A stretch of 64,000 nt of DNA from the human T2T-CHM13v2.0 reference genome, Homo sapiens: the NCBI RefSeq assembly GCF_009914755.1, contig NC_060933.1. The stretch is one strand, 5' to 3'. Under the pieces are notes generated by a model, which did not search any database, had not been told where the DNA came from, and saw only the letters and a list, made by a program, of their open reading frames with translations. This document shows, in pieces, positions 1 to 10,345 of this stretch. The stretch's first letter is position 1, and each line of letters starts with the position of its first letter. Position numbers and translations under genes: made by a program.

Positions 1-2172
1 TCCTTGCCTGTGGATTTTATTCACAAGTCCTGTGGCTCTCTCTACAACCCGGCCACCATGTGTTATTTCCTGTTTATGTATATGACATCAAAGGTGCAGG
101 AAGTAATGAACTAAATTGGAAGGATAAACATGTAGAAAAATAGAGGTAAATACTGACTACATAAAACCATAAGAATAAGAATTTTGGATGATCTATCTAT
201 TATATACCTATTTATCTAACATCTATCTGTTCTTAAAATATCTGTAATTAAAATATATTACAGTTAGAGAACAGAGGAAAAAGTAGGAATACATGAATTT
301 AAATTTTAATTCTTCTTAGATTGTCTCACAGCATCATTATAGGAAAGAAAATTTATAGGTCAATATCTGTTAACTATAAATGTAACATTCTTAAAGAATT
401 CAAATACATTGAATTACAGCATGAATAATATATTACAATCCATTCAAGTTTATTTTATTCCAGGAAAACAAAAATACAAATTTCATTTGCAATTCAAAAA
501 AAAAGAAATCGATACATATGATTGATGTATGTACACACTTAATGTATTTTTAAATATACATTTTTAAAAAATAGAAATTTTTCTAGGACAAATACTTAAA
601 ATATCACTGAAAATAGTGTTATTAGCTAATACCTTCCTAATAACTCTGGTATTACATAAGAAACCAAAATTAAAATTTCAGGTAAACTTAGAAACTAAAA
701 ATTTTAAAAATATTATTCTGTTCTCCATATGTTCATATTTAATATTATTTCTTCTTTTCATTCGTCTTCAGTGTTGCTCTACTAAAATATAACATACAAT
801 ACTAACTTTTGATTTCTGTTCTTATTACTCAGAATTGTATACATTTTCTCATGCTCTTAATTTAGTTATGCTACTTTTCTGTACTGTTGGAATTTTCACA
901 TTTGTGTTCACTCTCTTTTGAGTTCCCACAGTATCAAATGAGCTTTTTTCCCTCTTTCTGATTTGAAGATTCATCTTCTCATAATTATTTTGTCCACTCA
1001 GTTTTTTTTCATTATCAGTTAAGTGCCTCTCATCTGGCTTCTTTTCATTTATAAGGTTTCCTTTCATCTTAAGCCAGTCTTTCATTTATATTTTGATTCT
1101 GTTTTGTGGAGGACATGCTTCCCTGAATTTTATGGAAGAGGCCAAAAGGTTTGCTCAAGTTTTTACCTGATACATTGGATTAAATTATCTAATGTACACA
1201 CTTTTAATTTAAGTCTAGGGGCGACTGTCTACTCTTGATTTTGTATAGTATTATTTTTCTTAACATCCAAGTCCATCTTCATCTATTTGTATAAGATCAA
1301 TAAAAATATATTTGTCCAGAACCCTGCTTTGGCGGAGTCACTTCTTTCTAAGTAGTAGAGGTAGCAGTTGAGACATGAGCTGGGTTCTGGGTCAGTTTAG
1401 AGGGCTGGGCGACATTCCTCCTTTTGGTCTGTATGACTGAATGAATGCAGTTCTTGCTGTCTCGCTCCTCTCCTTAACACATTGAGCCACTGCAGCAGAT
1501 AAGAAGGAATAATCTTGATCTGCCATTCAGGTGGAACACATGTTCTCTCCAACCACACCCATAGGTTGTACTCACACTCGGCCAGAAGGTATCCTGTCAA
1601 TGATATGGAGATGTATCTATCTATCTAGATAGATATCTACTTTGGTTTATGCTCTCTGGTTGCCCGCAAATTATCTCCTTAAATTGAATATCAAAAGAGA
1701 GCTTGGTGATGGCAGTGTTATAAAATCCTCAAAATGCAGCACCCATACCCAGAGGAATTTGTAGATTCTGAGATTCTAATTCAGATACCAAACTATATAA
1801 AAGGGGAATTGGTCATTGAGGGTTGCTAGGCTCTTTGTTGAGCATATATGCTCTTTTCATGACTTCGAAATTATTTTAAAAATCTAAACTTTTTCTCAGT
1901 GTGCTGCAAGATGATTTGATTTGAATGCATAAGCAGTAATTCTCCCCTAAGATTTGTACAATATATTTGCTCTGACAAGCGATAGCCAGCAACTCACTTC
2001 ACAGCAATTTACAGCGTTTCCATGATAAGTTGAATTATTTTTAACTAGACTCTCTTTGCCTTAATAAAAATATGAAGAAGCAATATACTTGTTCTAATTA
2101 GGTTCAAAAGTTGGCAGTCTCTCTCCTGGAAAGAATAGTAAAACTTTTCAGCGGCCTAATATGCATGTATAA

Positions 2173-2177
2173 ACACA

Positions 2178-2211
<34 letters not shown>
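2173..2211. repeat. (CA)n microsatellite
   Basis: Pure (AC)15 at 2181-2210, preceded by a short imperfect ACACAC extension. Confidence 0.95.
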
Positions 2212-2212
<1 letters not shown>

Positions 2213-3322
2213 GCACTATTCATAATATTTAAAGCACATTCTGTTCTATGACTTCATTTGTCTAGTACAAAATAAAACGATCTCTGTATATGTCAAGTAT
2301 CAATTTTTTCGTATGGCCAATTATAGATATTTTATTTTTTAAAGATTAGAGTGTTCTTGAAGCTCTTTATATTTCTTTGTCAATGAACTAAACATTGGCA
2401 AATATGTAGGGTTTCCCACATAAGAACATTATTAACATCAAAATAGAAAGCTGGTGATAGCAATAATGATTGGGAACACAGAGTCTCTACTCAACGTTCT
2501 AGTTCTGCCATACCATAACTTTGTGATCTCAGGAAATATCTCTCCATGTTGTCATCTCAAAGTATAGTTCTGTCATTTTTCAATAAGAGCTTTTTGCTTA
2601 ATTATGAAGTACTAGTTAGTGTAACCATTATTTTGAGCTTCATGTAAATCAAGAACACATGGACTCCACTTGCAAAACATCGAAAATGTAGTAGGGATTG
2701 GGGGCATAAAGCAACACTTTAAAATGTGTAAAGACAATGAGTAAGCAACAAAGTGTCCAATTTTTTAGGGGAAAGTTGCATACGTTAGGAAAAGGCAGGA
2801 TTAAGTAACAGAGAATTTGAATGATAACTGGCCAATTGGTGTCATTTACAATTGCAAGTCATACAAATGAAGTTTTCTGTTTTAAAGAGAAAAGGATTTA
2901 TTTAGAATGGGTCAACCTATTGGGGAAGCAATGTAGTTAGAAACAATGCCCAAAACCATGTAAGCAAATGCTCTGTAGAGCACACCCCTGCAATGCTGCC
3001 ATTGTGAGGCCAAGTCTCTCCTCGTCTTGGTACTGAGCCCTCCGTTCTGCCTCCATCATTGCCACTGTAGCTGCCACAAAATGACCCCTCAACCACCGCT
3101 GCCCAGGAACAAAGAAAGAATTCTGTCCTTCCGCGCTCTCAGATCAATTTCCAACATCAGGTGAGCCTTTGATGGGCACTATTCAGTTCCCTTATCCCTG
3201 AAATAGATGCAGTAAAAATATAGAAATTGCCTATGTGTTTCCCAATAAGACACATATGGAAGCCTGTTTTCCCACAACAGGAAGGAGTTTGCACAATGGG
3301 TGTTCAAAGGAACAATATTCCC

Positions 3323-3811
3323 TGTAAACCGTACTTTGCCCATATGAAGAAAAGCAATAAGGATTATTTAGTAAATAGACATGGAAACTCATCCAGGGTT
3401 GGCTGATGAGAAGCTGGTTAGCAAGGGGGTCTGCCTTCAGTTAGGACAAGGTTTGTGCTTCCCACGGGTTCTCTCCACAGCAGGAGGGATGCAAACTTCC
3501 CTTTCCTCCCCTGCACCTACCCTCAAATGGCCCAGAGGTCTTCAGGTGCTAGAATTTCTCAATTAATGCTGCACAAAATATCAGACAGCCTTGACTGTCA
3601 CAGTCTGTTCTCATGAAGCTAGTCTCTGCTCACTACATAAAACAGGAGAGTAAGAACAAGGGTGTTTAACGCTACCCTAGCTCAAACAAGTTTCTCTCTG
3701 TATTATGCCAAGAACCTGGGAACCAGTGCATCTGCTGCTTTCCCTTCTTGGATTCTAGCCCAGACAAAAGAGGCAAGGGGCATTTCTTCAGAGGCCTTGA
3801 GCTTCACTACA
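3323..3811. mobile_element. Possible old solo ERV LTR, family unassigned
   Basis: A ~490 bp segment bounded by TGTAAA...CACTACA (TG...CA termini) that is more GC-rich than its AT-rich flanks. No TSD is visible and I cannot match it to a consensus. Confidence 0.25.
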
Positions 3812-3840
3812 CAATGACCCAGGCTCTACATGCACCCTCT

Positions 3841-3946
3841 TTATATATTTCTACCTTGAAAAAAAATTTTTATATAATATTAATAATATATATTTTTATA
3901 TAATAAACACTTTTTTAATAGATAGATATAGATATACATAGATAAA
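3841..3946. repeat. AT-rich / (TA)n-(TAGA)n low-complexity tract
   Basis: tatataatattaataatatata...atagatagatatagatatacatagata. Confidence 0.75.
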
Positions 3947-3969
3947 GATCTCTAGTCAGCCTTTTTTAA

Positions 3970-4267
3970 GGCTGGGCTGATCGCAGTGCCTCAAAACTAT
4001 AATCCCAGCACTTTGGGAGGCCAAGGTGGCCAGATCTCTTGAGTCCAGGAGTTGGAGATCACCCAGGGCAACATGGTGAAACCCCATCTTCACAAAAATT
4101 AGCTAGTATGGTATTATGCACCTGCAGTCCCTGCTACTCAGGAGGCTGAGGTGGGAGAATTGCTTGAGCACAGTATGTGAAGGCTTCAGTGAGCTCTAAT
4201 CACATGACTGCACTCCATCTTGGGTGACAAAGTGAGACCCTCTCTCAAAAATAAAATAAAATAAAAA
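3970..4267 (+). mobile_element. Alu SINE, old and diverged (AluJ-like)
   Basis: GGCTGGG...TAATCCCAGCACTTTGGGAGGCCAAGG...CTTGAGTCCAGGAGTTGGAGA...GGCAACATGGTGAAACCCC, a shortened A-rich linker, a right arm with GCTACTCAGGAGGCTGAGGTGGGAGAATTGCTTGAGC and CAAAGTGAGACCCT, and an (AAAAT)n tail. GCTTGAGC and GTGAGACCC are AluJ-type diagnostics. Confidence 0.9.
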
Positions 4268-4937
4268 GGCTACCACCATACTCACAGATAAGTGTGTCAG
4301 GTATATTTGCAGCTATCCTTCCTATATTCTATTTGGTAAAAAAAAAAAAAAGGCAAAGAACTCTTCTCATTCTAGATTTTTGTATTAATTAGACATTTGA
4401 AGTTTATAGCAGAAGAGCTATAATCACTCTATAGACCAGATAGTGCAAACAGATATCAATGCTTTTTAAAAGTATAGAAGGTTATTAGAAATTTTTTAAA
4501 CTACTTATAGGTATATATGTATCTAATTGAACTATCAAATGCAAGTAAGATCATTTCCTTAGCGTGTGAAATCCACTCAATTTATTAAAATATTTTCTAA
4601 TATCTATTACAATAATATTTCTTAATTAGTTAACAAAAGAGGAGTTTTAAGACATTTGTTTATATGTACTTACTAGATTCAAACTCGATTCCACTATTTT
4701 CAGAACTCATACTCTGAGACAAGTCCTTTTTTTATGTAACTATGTTTCTGCCTATATTAAAAGACAGATATGTCAATTTTGCTAGTCATGCTGTTCCAAA
4801 GCTCTCCATCCTGATTATTTTTCGGTTTGTTCTAGCAGTCATTCAGAGACTTACTTATATTCAAATTTCTCTCTAGGTTTAACATTCGTGTATGTCTTGT
4901 TGTGGTTTTGTCTATTTTTGCTGTATATAATTTAAGA

Positions 4938-5240
4938 CATTTTATTGACATACACATGCAGAAAAGTACAATGATTAAATATGATAGCTTGATTAATGAA
5001 ACACATGTATTTGCTTATAGCCATGTACGAAAATAGAACATTATTAAAAATAGTGATACCTCTCCTGCCCCTTTCCAAACACTAACCCTCATCCTCAATA
5101 GTAACAGATTTTTTTTTATCATAATTTGGTCTACTTTCAAATTTTTATTAAATAAATCGGAGTATCTACTCTAAGTCTATGTTTATTTCATTGTTGTTAT
5201 TTTACTTGTAGTATTTATCTGCTAATGGACATGGTAGATT
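4938..5240 (-). mobile_element. Ancient L1 (L1ME-like) 3' UTR fragment, antisense
   Basis: ACATACACATGCAGAAAAGTACA...AAATAGAACATT...TATGTTTATTTCATT resembles the reverse complement of L1ME 3' ends as I recall them; heavily diverged. Confidence 0.5.
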
Positions 5241-5290
5241 GAAGACGGCTACATACACATTTTTTAATTAATAGATTTTTTGAGCACTTT

Positions 5291-5417
5291 GTGGCTCATG
5301 CCTTTAATCCCATCACTTTGGGAGGCTGAGGTGCGTGGATCATGAGGTCAGGAGATCCAGACAATCCTGGCTAACGTGGTAAAACCCCTTCTCTACTAAA
5401 ATACAAAAAATTAGCTG
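5291..5417 (+). mobile_element. Truncated Alu left monomer (AluY/Sc-like)
   Basis: GTGGCTCATGCCTTTAATCCCATCACTTTGGGAGGCTGAGG...GGATCATGAGGTCAGGAGATC...ATCCTGGCTAAC...CTCTACTAAAATACAAAAAATTAGCTG. It stops just after the A-rich linker. GATCATGAGGTC and CCTGGCTAAC are Y/Sc-type diagnostics. Confidence 0.9.
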
Positions 5418-5564
5418 ATAGATAACATCAAGATAACATCTGAGTTCTTAGCTGCACTGAGTCAAGCCTACTTACATCTTTGTCTTCTGCTGCACTTTTC
5501 CTTCCACATCACCGTCCAGGAATGCCAAGCTCCGTTGGCCTTCTACCCCATTTCCACTATTGTT

Positions 5565-7485
5565 CCCCTGCCACCGCGGCTTTTTGCCGCTACCGCCGCG
5601 GGTTTTTTGCCTCCGCTGCTTTTTGCCACCGCCGCCGCGGCTTTTTACCCCCAACGCTGGGGCTTTTTGCGGCTCTTTGACCCACCACCGGGGCTTGTTG
5701 CCTCTTTTTGCACCCGCCGCCGTGCCTTTTTGCCCCCGCCGCTGCGGCTTTCTCCCCCGCCTCACGGCTTTCTGCCCCCACCGCTGTGGCTTTTCATCAC
5801 CACTACCGCGGCTTTTTGCCCCCGCCACTGCGGGTTTCTCCCACCGCGGTTTTTGCCCCCGCCGCCGTGGCTTCTTACCCCCGCCGCCATGGCATTTTGC
5901 CCCACGTCACCGTGGCTTTTTGCAGCTTTTTGCCGCTGCGGCTCTTTGCCCCTGAAGCCACGGCTTTTTGCCCTTGGCGCCGTGGCTTTTTGCCCCCGCC
6001 GCCGCGGCTTTTTGCGGCTTTTTGCCCCCGCCAATACGGCTTTTTGCCGCTGCGGCTCTTTGCCTCCGAAGCCACGGGTTTTTACCCCCACCGCCACGGG
6101 TTTTTGCCCCCGTGGCTTTTTGCTGCCACGGCTTTTTGCCCCCGCCGCCATGGCTTTTTGCTCCTGCCGCTGAGGCTTTTTGCCGCCGCAGTTTTTGCCC
6201 CCGCCGCCGCTGCTTTTTGTGGCTTTTTGCCCCCGCAGCTTTCCCCCCGCCGTCGCCGCGGGTTTTTGTGGGTTTTTTGCACCCGCTCCCGCTGCTTTTT
6301 GCCCCGCCACTACGGCTTTTTGCCGCCTTGGTTTTTTGCCCCCGAAGCCACAGCTTTTTGCCCTCGCCGCCGCGGCTTTTTGTGGCATTTTACTCTCAGC
6401 CACGGTGGCTTTTTGCCCCTGCCACGGCTTTTTATCCCTATCGCCGTGGCTTTTTGGGCCCTCCGCCATGGCTTTTTGCAGTCACAGCTTTTTATCCCCA
6501 CCGCCGCGGCTTTTTGGGCCCACCACCGCGGCCTTTTCAACCGCGGCTTTTTGCCCCCACCACCGTGGCTTTTGGCTCCTGCCACTGAGGCTTTTTGCTG
6601 CCGCGGTTTTTGCCCCTGCCGCCGCTGCTTTTTGCGGCTTTTTGCCCCCCGCCAGGGCGGCTTTTTGCCCCCGTGAATTTTCCCCCCGTCTAAGCGGGAT
6701 TTTGTGATTTTTTTTGCCCCCGCTCCTGCTGCTTTTTGCCCCCGCCGCCGCAGCTTTTTGCCCCACTGCTACGGTTTTTTGCCACAGTTGCTTTTTGCCC
6801 CCGAAGCCACAGCTTTTTACCCTCGACACCGCGGCTTTTTGTGGCTTTTCGCCCCTGCCGCTGAGGCTTTTTGCCGCCGCGGTGTTTGTTCCCGCCACCG
6901 CTGCTTTTTGCGGCTTTTTGCCCCCCACCGCCACGGCTTTTTGCCCCGCCACTACGGCTTTTTGCCGCTGCAGCTTTTTGCCCCCGAAGCCACGGCTTTT
7001 TGCCCTCACCGCTGCGGCTTTTTGCACCCACAGCCGGGGCTATTTACCCCCGCTTCCACGGCTTTTTGCCACCGCTGTTTTTTCCCCCACCACCGCGGGT
7101 TTTTGCCCCCGCCGCCGTGGGTTTTTGCCGCTGAGGCTTTTTTTTTAACCGCCACCGCCGCGGCTTTTAGTCCCCGCCACCGCGGTTTTTTGCCTCCGCT
7201 GCCGAGGCTTTTTGTCCCCACCGCCTTTGCTTTTTGTAGGTTTTCGCCCCCGTCGCTGCAGGTTTTTTGCCCCCTGCCACCACGGCTTTTTCCCCCAGCC
7301 GCGGCGGATTTTTGTGTTTTTTTTCCCCCGCTCCCGCTGCTTTTTGCCCCCCCTCAGTGGCTTTTTACCCCCCTCAGCGCGGCTTTTTGCTCCCACCGCC
7401 ACGTCTTTCTCCAACCGCCACCGTGGCTTTTTGCCCCTGCCGCCACGCCTTTTTGCCGCCGTGGCTTTTTGCCCCCGCTGCCTTT
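5565..7485. repeat. GC/CpG-rich degenerate minisatellite, unit ~11-22 bp, consensus GCCGCCGCGGCTTTTTGCCCCC (CAAAAAG / GGGCAAAAGCCG-type pericentromeric repeat)
   Basis: About 1.9 kb of reiterated GGCTTTTTGCCCCCGCCGCC; the minus strand reads GGGGGCAAAAAGCCGCGGCGGC. The repeat itself is directly visible. The family name is recalled from human pericentromeric duplication literature. Confidence 0.9.
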
Positions 7486-7606
7486 GGAACCTTAATTTCA
7501 CTTGAAATCTGACTTCCCACTGCCATGCAACCTAACATATTTGTATGTTAGACTCCGGGAATTAGGACATGAACATTTCTGGGAGGCCATTATTTTGTCT
7601 ACAACA
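7486..7606 (-). mobile_element. MaLR LTR 5' fragment (MLT1D/E-like), truncated
   Basis: The reverse complement reads TGTTGTAGACAAAATAATGGCCTCCCAGAAATGTTCATGTCCTAATTCCCGGA...ATATGTTAGGTTGCATGGCA...GAAATTAAGGTT, matching the MLT1 5' terminus TGTGGTAGGCAGAATAATGGCCCCCCAAAGATGTCC. Confidence 0.75.
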
Positions 7607-7694
7607 GACATAATCTATTTACCTGAAGATTAAAGTGATCTTTATTTTTCTGCCTCTCTTTCTTAATTTTTTTTTAAATAATATGGATTGTAGT

Positions 7695-8161
7695 AAAGAG
7701 AAAGAAAAGAAAGAAAAAAGAAGGAAGGAAGGAAAGAAGAAAGAAAAGGAGGAAATGAGAGAAGGGAGGGAGGGAGGAAGGGAGAAAGGCAGGAAAGGAG
7801 AAAAAAGAAAGCAAGAACTCAAGAAAGAAAGAGAAAGAAAGTGAGAAAAGAAGGAAGGAGGAAGAGAGAATGGTAAAAGGGAGGAAGGCAAACAAAGAAA
7901 ATAGAAGGGAGGAAGGAAGGAGAAGGGAAAGGGAGGGAGGAAGGAAAAAAGGGAGGAAGGGAGAAAAAGGAAAGAAAGTGAGAAAGAGTAAGAGAAAAGA
8001 AGGAAGAAAAGGGAGGGAGAAAGCAAGGGAGGGAGGAGGGAGGGAAGAATAAGGGGAAGGAAGGAAGGAGAAAAATGAAAGGAAAAGAAAGCGGAAAAGA
8101 AGAAAGGAAGGAAGAAGGCAAGGGAAGAGGAGAAAGGAAGATGGAAAGAAGGAAGGAAGAA
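7695..8161. repeat. GA-rich polypurine low-complexity tract (GAAA/GGAA/GGGA)
   Basis: About 470 bp almost entirely A/G on the + strand. Confidence 0.95.
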
Positions 8162-8289
8162 CGCAAATATTAGAAATTCTGGGTTTGTTAGAGAATATGC
8201 CATACTGTTTTTTTCTCACTTGAAAGGAAAGAGTATCTGCCATTGAAGATTGGATGTCTTGTTGGTGATATTGTTGTTCTTATCTTCCA

Positions 8290-8600
8290 CATGATTACTG
8301 AGTTTGTGCCTAGTCTGTCCATTACTAAGACAAAAGTGTTGAAGTCTGCAAATATAATTTTGGGTTTTTCTAGTTCACCTTTGATTTCTTTCCTGTTTTA
8401 CCTCATGTATTTGGAGGCTCTGTTGTTAGCTGCATACCCTAATTAGTAGGATGTTTACATCTTGAGAATTGATTATTATATTATCTATTATCTCTCATCT
8501 CTGATACTATTTCTTGTTCTGAACTCTGTTGTGTCTAATATCAATGTAGTCCTTCCACAGCTTTATTTCAGTGTTTCCATGATATGGCTTTCTCCATATC
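8290..8600 (-). mobile_element. Ancient L1M fragment (ORF2 endonuclease region), antisense
   Basis: GTGTTGAAGTCTGCAAATATAATT...TATTTGGAGGCTCTGTTGTTAGCTGCATA...TCTTGAGAATTGA...TCTGTTGTGTCTAATATCAATGTAG resembles the antisense of the L1 ORF2 5' region. No intact frame. Confidence 0.65.
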
Positions 8601-9077
8601 TTGATGATAACCTATTTCTATCTCTATATATTTGGAGCAAGATATAAAATTTAGACTTGATTTTTTAAAGATTTTTCAAGATGGAATTCTTATTTCTTTT
8701 TGTTCTATTTGACATTCTCTGAGTTTCCTATATCTGAAGTTTGATTTTCTGTCACTTCTTTTAGAATATTTTTGGCAGTTATTTTGAAATATATTTCTTT
8801 TGCTCCATTATTTTTTCCTCTTTTCTTTTTGGGATTTCAATCATAACTAGAGTAGGTAATTTCACTCAGTCTTATGCAGGTACTTTTTCTCAGGGTCTCA
8901 GGAATGTAGCCTTCTCACACTTCTGTTCTTTTCCTGGCTGTGTTGGTGAGCTCAGTGATATTCCTCCTTCACCTTCAAGAGCAGTTTTGTTTTGTTTTTC
9001 CTGTTTTCATACTCCCAGCATCAGGAGTATTCTAAGTGTGGCAGTTTTTGTTGCCTTCCCCTACATATTAAGTGGAA

Positions 9078-9358
9078 TATCTTGGTCTATTTGGACTCTT
9101 ATAACAAAATAACATAAACTGGGTGACTAAAAAACAACAGATATTTCTTTTTTCACACTTCTTGAGGCTGTAAGATCTCAGGTCAAGATGCTCACAAATT
9201 CAGTGTTGATGAGAGCCCATTTCATGGTTCATAGATGGTGCCTTCTTTCTATGTCCTCAGACAGTGGAAGGCACACAAGAACTCCATTGAGCTTCTTTTA
9301 TAAAGGCACTAATCCCATTCATAAGGGCTCGGCCCCCAAGACCTGGTCACCTCCCAAG
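9078..9358 (-). mobile_element. MaLR LTR (MLT1A/MLT1A0-like)
   Basis: TATAACAAAATAACATAAACTGGGTGACT...GGTTCATAGATGGTGCCTTCT...CTTTTATAAAGGCACTAATCCCATTCATAAGGGCTC...TCACCTCCCAA matches the reverse complement of the MLT1A consensus. Confidence 0.8.
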
Positions 9359-9725
9359 TGTTCTGCTCTCCCTGATCTGTGTCATATACAGACTCTCTTG
9401 GATTCCTTACCAATTGCCTGAGAGATCACAGTGGGTTTGTGGGGAAAACGTTTTCAAGATGATGGATCTTTCCCAACTTCTGCAGCTGTCAGCGGTCTCC
9501 CAATCTCACCAGCCCCACTTTGTCTTTAGGAATTTATTGATTATTCCAGCTTTACTTGTCATCGTGGTGTCTATTTGCATCTGTCCTATGTAAGTGCATC
9601 TGTCCTTTTTCTCCTTGCAGGTGCAAGTACTCAGGAGTACACTGTTGTTACTAATTACTCAGTATTGGTTGGTACATTGTCAAAGATCAAAAAACATTTT
9701 TAAAGATAAAAAAATTCTTGGAAGG

Positions 9726-10345
9726 TGTATAATGAACGGTTAATTCTGCAGACATGGCTTTCCAAAACCTTGCACATTCCAAAGGTCTTCAGGACTGGCC
9801 CTTGACAAGCTCCTGGGAGATGATAACCTATGAGCCCTTGGTATATGCTGCCTGATGAGAGTCTTTGTATACCTGAAAACGTAGGTCATACCAAATAGCT
9901 GATGCTAACAACGTGATTTCTTGTGAGCACCTGTTTCTGTATGCCTATGACTTTGTGTAATGCCATATTAATATGACCTCTCTTAGGGCATAGGGAGGTT
10001 GGGAACTAAGTAGCTAAGTTCAGTCACAGGACGTTCGATGCATATGTGGTGGAATCCTAATAAAAACCCTGGACTCAAGACTGACTGAGCTTCCCTAGTT
10101 GGCAACAAGTTCGCACATGTTGTCTCACACCATTGTAAAGAAAATTAGTCAGTGTGAAGTCCCCACTATGAAAGGACACCTGTAAGCTCACATCTGGTTT
10201 GTCCTGGACTCAACTTTATGTGCTTTTATGCTTCTGATTATTTTAATCTGTTTTCTTTCACAGTTAGAAACTATAACCACAAAAAAAATAAGCTTTCTTG
10301 AGTTATGTGAATCATTAAACCAAAGGGGGACTTGGGAAACCCCAA
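9726..10345 (+). mobile_element. ERVL-class solo LTR (MER77/MER68/MER21 group)
   Basis: TGTA start, then GCACATTCCAAAG...GGACTGGCCCTTGAC..GCTCCTGGGAGAT, AATAAAAACCCTGGAC...GAGCTTCCCTAGTTGGCAA, TTTTAATCTG, and a terminal CTTGGGAAACCCC typical of this group. Confidence 0.7.

Noticed and set aside
600-1330. Possible L1 antisense relic and short ORFs (849-1085, 1023-1238)
   Set aside because: The region is T-rich and plausibly L1-derived, but too degenerate to assign by eye. The ORFs are short and match nothing I recognise.
1618-1635. 18 bp perfect palindrome TATCTATCTAGATAGATA
   Set aside because: It is a head-to-head (TATC)/(GATA) microsatellite by-product with no functional context.
5565-7485. 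GC hairpin plus T-tract motifs resembling rho-independent or Pol III terminators
   Set aside because: The DNA is eukaryotic, the motif is simply the repeat unit, and no transcription unit is evident.
5472-7512. Long overlapping ORFs (up to 322 aa) in all six frames
   Set aside because: They arise from the stop-poor GC minisatellite. The peptides are low-complexity (FLPPPPR, GQKAAAA) with no domain or gene structure.
7532-7551. 8 bp stem hairpin CTAACATA-tttg-TATGTTAG
   Set aside because: It is short and AT-rich, lies inside an MLT1 relic, and is likely chance or a template-switch mutation.
7619-8243. F/L/S/P-rich and K/E/R/G-rich ORFs resembling membrane or charged proteins
   Set aside because: These are translations of the GA/CT low-complexity tract.
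9585-9660. Strong splice-acceptor-like TTTTTCTCCTTGCAG/G with a nearby GTAAGT
   Set aside because: The implied intron is only ~31 nt and no credible exon or ORF follows. It cannot be supported without transcript data.
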